In this document: one piece after another, positions 1 through 8,957 of the stretch
Layout: every line of letters starts with the position of its first letter
Numbering within the stretch: position 1 is the stretch's first letter
Virus record (IMG/VR): IMGVR_UViG_3300022690_000584
DNA: 47,488 bases
Direction: 5' to 3' (one strand)
Origin: a virus
Position numbers and translations under genes: made by a program
The notes under the pieces: generated by a model
What the model was told of the DNA's origin: nothing
Database searches by the model: none
The model's input: the letters and a program-made list of their open reading frames with translations, nothing else

Positions 1-144
1 ATCAGCTAACCGCGCGCTTCAGTACGCATCAGATTAGGAGGAATCATGGCTAAGAAAAATTATGTAGTTAAACGTGCTGGTACTTATGGCATTGTAGGTC
101 GTGTTTTTGAGAAAGATTTTGGCAAAGATGGTTTAACAGATCGT
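1..144. repeat. Terminal direct repeat, copy 1 (identical to 47345..47488). The window is one closed 47344-bp genome plus a 144-bp overlap.
   Basis: Bases 1-144 recur verbatim at 47345-47488. The repeat holds the last 37 nt of the capsid ORF and the first 99 nt of the next ORF. Confidence 0.9.
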
Positions 145-300
145 CAAAAGCTTTTAATTAAAGAGTATAAAAAGCCTGTTGTTAAGGTTGACAATACTGA
201 AGAGTTAAAATCTTTAAAGTCTGATCTTGAAGTTGCTTTAAGTGAAAATAAAAAGTTAAAGTCTGATCTTGAAGTTGCTTTAAAGCCTAAAGAAAAGTAA
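46..300 (+). CDS. Hypothetical Lys-rich helical protein with an internal duplication (LKSDLEVAL twice)
   Basis: AGGAGG Shine-Dalgarno sequence just upstream of the ATG. It lies directly downstream of the capsid gene and is followed by an intrinsic terminator. Confidence 0.6.
   Translation: MAKKNYVVKRAGTYGIVGRVFEKDFGKDGLTDRQKLLIKEYKKPVVKVDNTEELKSLKSDLEVALSENKKLKSDLEVALKPKEK
214..283 (+). repeat. Perfect 28-bp direct duplication (214-241 and 256-283), period 42 nt
   Basis: ttaaagtctgatcttgaagttgctttaa occurs twice in frame, giving the repeated peptide LKSDLEVAL. Confidence 0.9.
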
Positions 301-320
301 CCTTTACAATGTAGATCAAA

Positions 321-345
321 AGCCACTTTAACCGGTGGCTTTTTC
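321..345 (+). terminator. Rho-independent terminator
   Basis: Stem AGCCAC (321-326) pairs with GTGGCT (335-340), followed by TTTTT. Confidence 0.7.
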
Positions 346-457
346 ATTTTCGGCCAACTTGCATTACGTTTAACCAGGGTTTATAATGTTTAAACTTTAA
401 ACAAGCATTACAAAGCAAAAATAAAAACCAGATACATGCTTAATTCTGGAGATAAAT

Positions 458-778
458 ATGAGTTGGTCACTAGCAGGAACTTCAACAGTAAACGTAAAAA
501 AATTTAAAGGAATTACTTCATTTGCACAGGGCGGTATGAGTACTATACCTATTGAAGATATAGCGGTTGATATATCTAGAATTATAGTAATAACAGCAAC
601 GGTAGATAATTCAACATCACCATCATTACCTTCACTAGTTCCAACGGAGTTCTCTGCCAGCGGTGGGCTTCAATTCAGCGTATGGATTGATTATACTGGC
701 ATACACCTAAAATTACATCCAACTAATAGCGCATTTATATTAAATAGAGAGTTCTATGTCTTAATTGTTTTTGCATAA
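458..778 (+). CDS. Hypothetical beta-rich protein (structural cassette)
   Basis: GGAG sequence 6 nt upstream of the ATG. It is the first ORF after the terminator. No domain recognised. Confidence 0.5.
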   Translation: MSWSLAGTSTVNVKKFKGITSFAQGGMSTIPIEDIAVDISRIIVITATVDNSTSPSLPSLVPTEFSASGGLQFSVWIDYTGIHLKLHPTNSAFILNREFYVLIVFA

Positions 779-848
779 ATATATATGCCTACCATAAAAA
801 CAACCAAAATGTTAATATATGCCTATACTTGACAAATAGGACTGTATT

Positions 849-1142
849 ATGGCAGACACTAGACCTGATATAACTTTACCAGCAAACACACAAGTAGATC
901 TTTATGCTGCTTTAAATGCACAAGGTGGATTTCCCGCTGTATCAGTTGGTACTCAAATATCCGTTCAAAACAAAGGGGGTGTAAAAATTGAACTGAGAAC
1001 AAAGGCAACTACACCATCTTCAACTGATGGATCAAATGATTTGGATATCGGCAATCAGCAGTTTGTTAATGAAACTGGTGATTCAGGGGCTTTTGCATTT
1101 AGTCCTGGTGTAGAATCTATAATCAATGTAAGGGTTTTTTGA
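849..1142 (+). CDS. Hypothetical small beta-rich protein
   Basis: ORF in the co-directional cassette. Its stop lies 1 nt before the next start. Confidence 0.5.
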   Translation: MADTRPDITLPANTQVDLYAALNAQGGFPAVSVGTQISVQNKGGVKIELRTKATTPSSTDGSNDLDIGNQQFVNETGDSGAFAFSPGVESIINVRVF

Positions 1143-1143
1143 T

Positions 1144-2370
1144 ATGACATTCAAGCCATCAACCGATGGTGACGCTGAAGTTGACCCGATAGTTATTAAG
1201 GTTAGTTCTCTTTCTGATCTACCATCACCAGTAGGTGACGTAATAACAGTGGTTAATGGTAAAGTATACGACTGGAAAGGAATAGTTGATATAAGCCCTA
1301 ATAGATTGTTATTCCCAACCGGCAGTACAATTACATTTCGAGGCTCATCAAGCCTTCAAGACACCGTTGTTTCGAACGTGTCAGGGGATTTTATCACAGG
1401 TCAGGACGTGTTTATTACAATGGATCAGCTTTCGTTTGAAACTCCTAACGCTGATTTTTTTGATATAACTCAAACTTCTCTAACAAATATCATAATGACG
1501 TTTGTTGATATTCTTGATTACAATACACTAGGTAGTATAACTGATACGGATTACGTACTGATGGACAATATGTTCATAGACGGAAGAAATAGCGTTGGAG
1601 GACTTAGTTTCTTCGGGACTTGCGGGATACTGCTGTTAACAAATACTCAGCTTCCAGGGTTTAGGGGTACGCTAGTAAACTTAGGGACTGCAATATTTAC
1701 TGATATATTTCTTCGTAACGATATAATTACAATTGACAGAACAGATCCACTTCAAATAATCATGCTAGGTACTTCTGATAATGGAAATATTGATATTCCA
1801 TTGAGTGGCTTCGGTCGAGTTGATAACGTACATATACGACAAACAAATGTCAACGATCCCGTTGTAACATCTGCAATACAAAACGTTGAAATAGGTGATA
1901 AGTATTGGTGGTTTAGTGGGAATCCAACCGCTCCAGATAGCCGTCATTTTGCGCAGATAGATAGTGAAGCAAACACAAACACAACCGTACTATCATTACC
2001 TGACACTTTTGTCCAGGTTACGACAGATAACGCCATGCTTGTCGAAGCTCAACGATTTAAACTAAATGTTAGTAATGAATTAGAGTTTGATGCTATACAG
2101 TCGGTAATAGTTACATTTATAGTTAATATCGCTGCTGAAAAGGCATCGGGTGGTTCAGCTGTTTACAAATTTACCGTGTTTAAAAACGGGCTTGCCGGTG
2201 ACAAAGTTGCGCTATCCTTCCCACTTGAGGTTAAAACAACAGTTGGAACAATATCATTCACAGGTCAAACTACGCTAATTGATGGGGATGTTTTAGATGT
2301 TTTTGTCCAGGGAGTTGGCCACAGTGATAATATAAACATTATAACACTTTCATTCCAAATTAACGGATAA
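1144..2370 (+). CDS. Putative fibre/spike-like structural protein (beta-helix-like core, jelly-roll-like C-terminus), paralog A
   Basis: Ser/Thr/Asn/Gly/Val-rich 408-aa protein. It shares motifs with the 2444..3643 product (ITFRGSSS vs ITFTGSGS, GRVDNVHI vs GMVDNCNF, WWFSGNPTAPDS vs WRFNGNAQIPNS). The C-terminal pattern (KNG...GD.L.VFV) is reminiscent of C1q/TNF-like domains. Confidence 0.55.
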   Translation: MTFKPSTDGDAEVDPIVIKVSSLSDLPSPVGDVITVVNGKVYDWKGIVDISPNRLLFPTGSTITFRGSSSLQDTVVSNVSGDFITGQDVFITMDQLSFETPNADFFDITQTSLTNIIMTFVDILDYNTLGSITDTDYVLMDNMFIDGRNSVGGLSFFGTCGILLLTNTQLPGFRGTLVNLGTAIFTDIFLRNDIITIDRTDPLQIIMLGTSDNGNIDIPLSGFGRVDNVHIRQTNVNDPVVTSAIQNVEIGDKYWWFSGNPTAPDSRHFAQIDSEANTNTTVLSLPDTFVQVTTDNAMLVEAQRFKLNVSNELEFDAIQSVIVTFIVNIAAEKASGGSAVYKFTVFKNGLAGDKVALSFPLEVKTTVGTISFTGQTTLIDGDVLDVFVQGVGHSDNINIITLSFQING

Positions 2371-2443
2371 CGATATAATATATGATCGAACTTAAATACA
2401 CTTCAAATATATTTTTAGTTATTAATGTAAGGATGTTTTAATT

Positions 2444-3643
2444 ATGGCTTTTGGTAGTCCATTAGATGGTTTGGCGGATTTTGAACCTTTAGAAAACGAA
2501 AGAAATATAAACCGAGAATCTGACTTTGATAACCAAACAGCTACAGATATAATATTGACGCCTGGTGTTTTTTATAAAATTGGAGCTAGCTTTTCAACAT
2601 CTAAAAAATTTACCACTCAGGGCGGAGTTATGGAGGGGCTTAGATCTGCGTCCATCATAACTTTTACTGGTTCCGGCTCAATGTTTACGAACACGGATGG
2701 AACATTTAGAATAAGTGATATCTTTATTGATTGCCCAGGCGCTACAGTTTTTGAATGCATTGGTGATGACACTGGAAATGTAGGGCATAGGGTAAATGCT
2801 ACAGGGGTAGTTGTCATAAGCTGCTTAAAAGTTATGACCTCTACAGGCGCAGGCGCACAAATTTTCGACTTGGTTCAAGTTGGTAATTTGATTGGTACTA
2901 CTGCTTTTTCATTTACAGGAACGTCCCCTGCAGTTGTTTTTAACTTTTCTCGTGTTGCTGTTTTTAACATGATAGCATCATCAATCGGTTTTGATTTTGG
3001 CTCTACTGTAGTAGAAGAAGTAGAAATCGGAAATGTTATTTTATCCGGAGATGCAACTGCTACGGCTATATCTGGTTTGCCTTCAAGCGGAAATATAACA
3101 CCTAACAATTTAGGGATGGTTGATAATTGTAACTTTTCAGATTTTACTACGCAGTTATCTGGTATTTCTGAGGATGATATAAGATGGCGGTTTAACGGTA
3201 ACGCTCAAATACCTAACTCAAAAGCCATAGGAATGGTTTCAGTTAACAATAATGTTACAGAAACCGCAATAACCACCATTAACACCCCTGTAAAAATGAA
3301 TGCTACATTCGTAACTGATGTAGCATCAGGTTTTATCGCTGACGGGACGGGAAGGTTGACATTCATTTCAGAAACAGACGAAAAGTTAGCTATAGACGGA
3401 ACAGCAACACTGCTGACAGCTTCTGGCGGTTCAGATACACAGGTGAGCTCGTATATTGCAATAAATGGAACAGAGGTTGACTCAACAGTGAAGCAAGGGA
3501 CGGCAACATCAACAAAGGCAGCACCTTTGTCTATGATTTGGGAGCATAACTTCACAAAAGATGATTTTATTGAAGTTTTTTTAGAGAACAATACTGGTAT
3601 GGTCAACTTGGTTGGGAAACAGGCCGTTTTAAGAATAAGATAG
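2444..3643 (+). CDS. Putative fibre/spike-like structural protein, paralog B
   Basis: 399 aa with the same architecture as 1144..2370. The C-terminus (YIAINGTEV...DDFIEVFLEN...AVLRIR) resembles a C1q/TNF-like jelly roll. Confidence 0.55.
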   Translation: MAFGSPLDGLADFEPLENERNINRESDFDNQTATDIILTPGVFYKIGASFSTSKKFTTQGGVMEGLRSASIITFTGSGSMFTNTDGTFRISDIFIDCPGATVFECIGDDTGNVGHRVNATGVVVISCLKVMTSTGAGAQIFDLVQVGNLIGTTAFSFTGTSPAVVFNFSRVAVFNMIASSIGFDFGSTVVEEVEIGNVILSGDATATAISGLPSSGNITPNNLGMVDNCNFSDFTTQLSGISEDDIRWRFNGNAQIPNSKAIGMVSVNNNVTETAITTINTPVKMNATFVTDVASGFIADGTGRLTFISETDEKLAIDGTATLLTASGGSDTQVSSYIAINGTEVDSTVKQGTATSTKAAPLSMIWEHNFTKDDFIEVFLENNTGMVNLVGKQAVLRIR

Positions 3644-3729
3644 CTTTATAATATTGCATTTTATTTGAATGATTATTGATTTGATAATATGGTACAATTG
3701 CAATAATGAACAAATAGGAATAAATCGAC

Positions 3730-4113
3730 ATGGCATTATTTACAGTAAACAAGCCGCTTGACGCGATATCAACCGACATAAGCGCAAACATTCTTGATTT
3801 GAATGCTGCACCTCATACTTTTGTCACGACAAATTTTAAACAGATTCTATGGATTGAGAATAATGAAGCTGTTCCGTTAACCATTACGGTGTTGGGCCAA
3901 GGTGTTACGGTTGCTAATTGCCCTGGCATTGGTTCTGTAACTTTGGCTTCGATAAGTAATAATGTAATAGTCGTTGCTGCTGCTGCTACTGTTGCCATCA
4001 GTGTACAATTGCTTTCTAGTTATATGGGTGCTACTGGCACAACCGTTGATGTGACTGTTGCTGGATCAACCGCACCTTCATTGGCGTTTGCATGGCTGAA
4101 TGATTACAGCTAA
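3730..4113 (+). CDS. Hypothetical beta-rich protein
   Basis: AGGA upstream of the ATG. It is the last ORF of the cassette and is followed by a strong bidirectional terminator. Confidence 0.5.
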   Translation: MALFTVNKPLDAISTDISANILDLNAAPHTFVTTNFKQILWIENNEAVPLTITVLGQGVTVANCPGIGSVTLASISNNVIVVAAAATVAISVQLLSSYMGATGTTVDVTVAGSTAPSLAFAWLNDYS

Positions 4114-4115
4114 AG

Positions 4116-4140
4116 AAAAAGGGGCTCACGCCCCCTTTTT
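4116..4140. terminator. Bidirectional rho-independent terminator
   Basis: AAAAA-GGGGC-tcac-GCCCC-c-TTTTT, between convergent gene blocks. Confidence 0.8.
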
Positions 4141-4295
4141 GATAAGTATATCAATGTGTATTTTGGCTAGTATTGCGCCTTTTAATTTTCCCTCGTTAAA
4201 AAATCCTTTTATGTACCTACCAAAATATTGAATGTGTGTGTTCCTACTTATTGGCATGTATTTAATTGTGTATCTTTTATATTTTATGTGATCCA

Positions 4296-4487
4296 TTATT
4301 TAGCCTTCAGTTTTATTGTTTCATTGCAGGTGAATGACGTCCTCACATATTTATGTCTTTTCTTTGTTTCAGCCAACCATTTGTTTCCAGCTTTAATACA
4401 ACTTGATTGACTACCCATTTCTATTGCTGTTATTGCTAAAGCCTCACCGTTGAAGGTCATGGTTAATATCAATATAAATACGTTCAT
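4296..4487 (-). CDS. Hypothetical small protein with an N-terminal hydrophobic (signal/TM-like) segment
   Basis: Its start overlaps the stop of the upstream gene (TAATG coupling). The N-terminus reads MNVFILILTMTF. Confidence 0.45.
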   Translation of the reverse strand: MNVFILILTMTFNGEALAITAIEMGSQSSCIKAGNKWLAETKKRHKYVRTSFTCNETIKLKAK

Positions 4488-5263
4488 TATTTAACTACCC
4501 ATTTAACGCCAGGAATGTCACCGTTAATAATAGTTTTCAATAGCCCTTTAGGTGATAGCCCGTCAAGCATTAAGCAACTCATGGCGCTAACAGCAGTATC
4601 AATAGCTAGTTCTTTATCTGTTTTTGTTTCGATTGGTTTGTGAATAACACGACTACAACAATTTTCTATGAATGCTATTTCACCAAAAACCTTAGTTTTA
4701 AAGCACAAAATACCATCGCCAATATATGTTATTACTGCTTCGTCATGATGCACTCTATCCTTTGAATCGCTGTCTATAATTATGTTTGATATCATACCGA
4801 CAACAGGGTTTTCACCAGCTTCTTTCATTTCTTTGGTGTAGATTGGTTTTTTAATTTTTAATGGTGGTGGATCTCTATTTATAAACATATCAAGCTTACG
4901 CTCACCATCAATAAGTTTTTTACCTAAACCGTTTACACCGTTTCGCTCATTTAACCAAACTTTCTGCTCAGCCAAATAAATCTCATATAGTGCTTTTATG
5001 TTTGGTTTCCATTTTTCTAAGTAGTTATAACCATCACCAACAGGCCACCCATGACCGTATGCATTAAGCCCATCTGATTCGCGTCCATTTTTATACGTTG
5101 CAATAACAGGCACCCAATCAGCAACAGGCTGCTCACCTGTGTTTTCTCTGTCTGCGAATGAGACTATGAATGTTTGTTCATCAAAGCAAACCCAGTTATC
5201 AGAGCTTATTGTTTTTATGCCTTTATCTTTCAACCAGTCAGTTGGCACTCTAATGTCACTCAT
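4487..5263 (-). CDS. Hypothetical protein (258 aa), middle gene of the antisense cassette
   Basis: Long ORF translationally coupled to both neighbours. No domain recognised. Confidence 0.6.
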   Translation of the reverse strand: MSDIRVPTDWLKDKGIKTISSDNWVCFDEQTFIVSFADRENTGEQPVADWVPVIATYKNGRESDGLNAYGHGWPVGDGYNYLEKWKPNIKALYEIYLAEQKVWLNERNGVNGLGKKLIDGERKLDMFINRDPPPLKIKKPIYTKEMKEAGENPVVGMISNIIIDSDSKDRVHHDEAVITYIGDGILCFKTKVFGEIAFIENCCSRVIHKPIETKTDKELAIDTAVSAMSCLMLDGLSPKGLLKTIINGDIPGVKWVVK

Positions 5264-5523
5264 GATCTAACCACCAAAACAGCAATAATCATTGAAATAA
5301 ATCCAAGTATTGGAAATAACACACTCTTAGCTAACTGCATATACCTGTACTTATCAGATTTCAAGTCAATAGGATTTTCTGATAAAAGCTCTTCAAGTGT
5401 TCTTTGTGATAGCACTAAATTGCCATCATCTAACCAGTAAACTTTATTACCTGCCCCTTTTATATAAAAAAGAGTGCCAAGTTTATAATCTGCTGCTGGG
5501 TTTTGATTTGTTTGGTTATTCAT
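5260..5523 (-). CDS. Hypothetical C-terminally membrane-anchored protein
   Basis: Start placed at the internal ATG (5523) because AAGGA lies 7 nt upstream. The C-terminal TM segment is VLFPILGFISMIIAVLVV. Confidence 0.5.
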   Translation of the reverse strand: MNNQTNQNPAADYKLGTLFYIKGAGNKVYWLDDGNLVLSQRTLEELLSENPIDLKSDKYRYMQLAKSVLFPILGFISMIIAVLVVRS

Positions 5524-5575
5524 AATTATTCCTTTTAATTGATTTCCTAAACACAATACAACACTTAAACGTAAC

Positions 5576-5604
5576 TTGCAACACCTTTTGTAAAATGCTA
5601 TTAT
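5576..5604 (+). promoter_or_regulatory. Sigma70-like promoter with extended -10
   Basis: TTGCAA (5576-5581), 17-nt spacer ending in TGc, then TATTAT (5599-5604). It lies 28 nt upstream of the 5632 ATG. Confidence 0.5.
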
Positions 5605-5631
5605 ATTTAAAAATAAACAACAGGCATAAAA

Positions 5632-6063
5632 ATGAAATTAGAGCAGTTTGAGGTATTACTAGAATTCCACTTGGGTTTGATTCGCGCTGAAATAAAGCCG
5701 ACAACTACTATAGGTGCAAGAAAAAAACTAGTTGATGGTATTTTTTCTGCAGATAATAGCACCATAAAAAGAGAAGTTGAAAACCTCGTTAACAAATTAA
5801 ATAGTAGATTTGTTTCACTGCAAGGATGGGTTAAATCAAAATCTATTAATGAGAAAATTAAATTATATAACAGTAATAACAATAGAAATCCTAGTGATGA
5901 CGTGTTTTATGCTACATTTAAATGGATGGTTAATCCTGATGAGCGCGGTCTAATGTATCAAACATCAATAGAGCATGGTATTAACCCGCAATGCATGAAA
6001 GCATTAAAACCAAGAATTGAAAGGTGGGATTCTTACGCGATCAAGTTGATTGATACACTGTAA
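5632..6063 (+). CDS. Hypothetical protein
   Basis: First ORF downstream of the predicted promoter. No domain recognised. Confidence 0.55.
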   Translation: MKLEQFEVLLEFHLGLIRAEIKPTTTIGARKKLVDGIFSADNSTIKREVENLVNKLNSRFVSLQGWVKSKSINEKIKLYNSNNNRNPSDDVFYATFKWMVNPDERGLMYQTSIEHGINPQCMKALKPRIERWDSYAIKLIDTL

Positions 6064-6176
6064 TTTTGTACAATTGTATTTCTTATAATTATCGAGTATT
6101 TATTATGTATTTATTTATTGAAGTTAAAGGCAAGGACGATGACGATGGAACAGGCACAAAGCCGCCACCATAGACA

Positions 6177-6692
6177 ATGATTGAATTTGTTTTTAGTGAA
6201 GCAATATTTGTTAATGCGTTGATACTTTCGCCTTATTTAATACTGCTTATATTAAAGTTTACAGCTGCGAGATTCAAAGTCTTCGCGGCTGTTTTTTTAT
6301 GTATAGTTATCAGTCACACTCCGCTATATTTAATTATGGACAATATACATAGATATTCTTTTTTGTCGATTGTTTACATCATTGCATGCAGGAATATAAC
6401 TAATAAAAAAGTTTCTGCAACTTGCTGTATAATGGCTATATTCGAATTATCAATGGTTATTGATAGGTATGTCAATGCAGGCGTTGAAACTTGGCTTTAT
6501 ATTTATTTTGAAGAAATCACACTTATTATTCACAGCCTTATCATTTCTGCTTTCTTTAAGTGGGAATTTAACTGGAGGCGGGGAGCTGTGGGATCTGCTG
6601 TTGATTATATGCGTAAGTTATTACGTAATATGCGCTATGCATCACGTTTATGTTATGATTACATCATTAATCAAAAGCGACAAATTGAGTAA
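6177..6692 (+). CDS. Hypothetical multi-pass membrane protein
   Basis: Several hydrophobic helices. There is no obvious SD sequence. It is the only long ORF filling this co-directional gap. Confidence 0.4.
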   Translation: MIEFVFSEAIFVNALILSPYLILLILKFTAARFKVFAAVFLCIVISHTPLYLIMDNIHRYSFLSIVYIIACRNITNKKVSATCCIMAIFELSMVIDRYVNAGVETWLYIYFEEITLIIHSLIISAFFKWEFNWRRGAVGSAVDYMRKLLRNMRYASRLCYDYIINQKRQIE

Positions 6693-6697
6693 ATCTG

Positions 6698-6976
6698 ATG
6701 AGTGATGACAAATTAGAGAAAATTGAAGTTAGCTTAACTGAGCTGATCAAAGAAGTATCTTTACTTATCGGAGAATTTAAATGGTATAGAAAAGAAGTTA
6801 GTGAACTAAAGGCTGACATAAAAAGCCAAGATGGTAGGCTTAGAGTTTTAGAGACTAAGATGCCATCACTAGAAGAAATGAAAGATAACAATAATAAAAT
6901 AAGAAACTCGGTTATTGCCTCACTAGCAATAGCCGTTATCATTGGCGGAATTATAGCAAAAGTCGCGGGGGCATAA
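6698..6976 (+). CDS. Hypothetical coiled-coil protein with a C-terminal TM anchor
   Basis: Heptad-like N-terminal part. The C-terminus VIASLAIAVIIGGIIAKVAGA is hydrophobic. Confidence 0.55.
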   Translation: MSDDKLEKIEVSLTELIKEVSLLIGEFKWYRKEVSELKADIKSQDGRLRVLETKMPSLEEMKDNNNKIRNSVIASLAIAVIIGGIIAKVAGA

Positions 6977-7368
6977 TGGCAATACCAATAACAGTAGCAG
7001 AAATACAGGCGCTTTGTCCTTCATCGTTACCTGATGCGTTAATTAGTGATTTAATATGCACGGTTGCCGATGCAATGGAAACATGCGTTGAATCTGCTTA
7101 TCCGCTGTGTTTAGCAAAAAGCATTCTTCAATATACTGTTTGCCATTTAGTTCTTAATTCTGTTGGTGGCGAAATCAAATCAGAACGGGCTCCAAATGGT
7201 TCAAGTACAACATTCGAGAACCATAACGGAGGCGAAGGGTTAAAGTCTACTTCATTTGGTCGTCTAGTTATCAGCCTTGATACTGGGCTTTGTTATAACT
7301 CACTATTCGCACCTACATTCTTATTTTTATCTGGTGGTAATCCAGCCACTCCTAATGGGGTTTGTTAA
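6976..7368 (+). CDS. Putative head-tail joining protein
   Basis: Called from position and size only. Its start overlaps the upstream stop (TAATG). Confidence 0.35.
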   Translation: MAIPITVAEIQALCPSSLPDALISDLICTVADAMETCVESAYPLCLAKSILQYTVCHLVLNSVGGEIKSERAPNGSSTTFENHNGGEGLKSTSFGRLVISLDTGLCYNSLFAPTFLFLSGGNPATPNGVC

Positions 7369-7718
7369 TGACTAGATCAACAGCAAGAGCAGCAACAAAA
7401 ACTGTGACAATTTGGCCGGTAATAGGAAAAGATCCATATACAGGTTTAACCTATGGCCCACCAATCACAGAAAAAACAACTTTCGAACAAGGTAGCACAC
7501 GTCAATATAATGACAGTAAAGGAAATGCCTTTATTCCTCGTTCAATTTATTGGTATGAAATAAGCGCTAACGGTGTGCCAAAGTTAAATGATGCCATTGC
7601 ATTAGGCGATCATACTGCTGTGCCTGATCCTATAAATGTTAAGGTTGTTGAATTTGTCAAGGTTAGTAAGTTGCAGGATGGTATTCGTCAGATTGATGAT
7701 GTTATGGTTTTAACATGA
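7362..7718 (+). CDS. Putative head closure / head-tail adaptor protein
   Basis: Called from position and size (118 aa). It overlaps both neighbours, which suggests coupled translation. Confidence 0.4.
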   Translation: MLMTRSTARAATKTVTIWPVIGKDPYTGLTYGPPITEKTTFEQGSTRQYNDSKGNAFIPRSIYWYEISANGVPKLNDAIALGDHTAVPDPINVKVVEFVKVSKLQDGIRQIDDVMVLT

Positions 7719-7939
7719 TAAGAAGTTACGCTGGTTATGAAAAATACGAATCTGCTATTTTAGATAAAGTTATGATGCATTGTTTTTTTACGCAATCTGC
7801 GCCTGACTTGGGATTTGTTCTCGGTAGCCCAGTTTACTCTATAGGCTTTAACGAATTAATAGATCTTAAGTTTATTAAGATGCGGCTTTATTACAGTGTT
7901 AGGTGGGCTTTAAGATGCCAGTCAATAAAGCAAAGTTAA
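7715..7939 (+). CDS. Hypothetical protein (neck module)
   Basis: ATGA overlap with the upstream gene. No domain recognised. Confidence 0.4.
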   Translation: MIRSYAGYEKYESAILDKVMMHCFFTQSAPDLGFVLGSPVYSIGFNELIDLKFIKMRLYYSVRWALRCQSIKQS

Positions 7940-8337
7940 AAATATTAAAAGACAACATGAAGCGCACATTCAAAGATATTAGTGATAAAAAAGCGCCTCA
8001 GTTTGTTAGTGCTGTTTTGTCTATTGGTGAAAATCATTCTAAGGAATTGGCACCTGTTGCTTATTCTTTTTTGATAAATAATATAATAAAAGATTTAAAT
8101 GTTTCTGGCAGTAAAGTTACCGGAACTTTAACTTATGCTCAAAATTATGCCGCTGCATTGGAATTCAGAACTGATTGGAAACCTAAGCCACCACCAAAAT
8201 ATGGCAATAAGAAAAAAGGTATTGCACCGGCACCAGCTTGGAATCCAAACGCTACGCCTCATTATCTTAAGCGGGGTTTCGAAGATCAAGAGAGCCAAGC
8301 GCTGATTAAAAGAGTTGAGGGGATATTCAAGATATGA
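7915..8337 (+). CDS. Putative HK97 gp10-like neck/tail component
   Basis: The motif ...TLTYAQNYAAALEF resembles the YA..vEfG signature of the HK97 gp10 family. The start is ambiguous (7903 or 7915). Confidence 0.45.
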   Translation: MPVNKAKLKILKDNMKRTFKDISDKKAPQFVSAVLSIGENHSKELAPVAYSFLINNIIKDLNVSGSKVTGTLTYAQNYAAALEFRTDWKPKPPPKYGNKKKGIAPAPAWNPNATPHYLKRGFEDQESQALIKRVEGIFKI

Positions 8338-8780
8338 GCACAATAGCAGATTTAGAAGTCAAACAACTTGAAGATCACTTAACTTCTGGAGGCTTCTTTG
8401 CACCTTTTACTGATATTTTAGGAAATAATCAGCCAGCGCCAACATTCCAGTCGTTCGAATTAGATTTAACCAATGGAACGGTTGACCGTAATGAGCGAGT
8501 TATCATGATCCGAAACTCTGGAAATATAACAGCTTCAACCCGAACATTTTTCAAAGAAAGATTTATGTTAGTTTTAGTTGTTGGCCGTGTTGGTGAAAGT
8601 GATCGCGTTATTGTCAATGGACTCGCCGAAGATATAGAAGATTATTTAGTTAAAAACTTCTCTGATGGTGCATGTATTGCCAATATTGTTAGCTCAGGTG
8701 TAAGTCCTACATTCATCACCGAAGATGGTCGCCGGGCGTTTGAAATAAATATTACTGTAATGTTTAATATTATTCGTTGA
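8334..8780 (+). CDS. Putative tail completion/terminator protein
   Basis: It is the last gene before the major tail gene, with an ATGA overlap upstream. Called from position only. Confidence 0.35.
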   Translation: MSTIADLEVKQLEDHLTSGGFFAPFTDILGNNQPAPTFQSFELDLTNGTVDRNERVIMIRNSGNITASTRTFFKERFMLVLVVGRVGESDRVIVNGLAEDIEDYLVKNFSDGACIANIVSSGVSPTFITEDGRRAFEINITVMFNIIR

Positions 8781-8957
8781 CATTGTGTTTAATGTGTTTT
8801 ATATTTAAGTTGATTTTAAGTGTAACTATATAGTCTGTATACAAGAGTGAGTTAGTGTTTAATTCCTGCAACGCGTTAAACAGCATAATACCTACCTTGC
8901 AAGCTAGTTCACTTTTTATACAGATTATAACGCAAGTATTTTACATTTAGATTTTAA

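Noticed and set aside
3205-3606. A 133-aa minus-strand ORF (plus 2617-2817, 2875-3108 and 1765-1947) inside the beta-rich structural genes
   Set aside because: These are shadow ORFs fully embedded antisense in longer, SD-preceded plus-strand genes. The same reasoning applies to 144-347, 3603-3791 and 3813-3998.
4228-4410. A 60-aa plus-strand ORF downstream of the bidirectional terminator
   Set aside because: It overlaps the minus-strand 63-aa gene and has no SD sequence. It lies after a strong terminator, and its hydrophobic translation is typical of AT-rich noise.
5516-5882. Minus-strand ORFs 5516-5704 and 5607-5882, and plus-strand 5174-5440
   Set aside because: They overlap better-supported genes (5260-5523 minus, 5632-6063 plus) and span the predicted promoter region.
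6460-6942. Alternative-frame ORF 6460-6705 and antisense ORF 6667-6942
   Set aside because: They overlap the co-directional 6177-6692 and 6698-6976 ORFs, which fit the operon's end-to-end coupling better. Confidence in 6177-6692 itself is only moderate.
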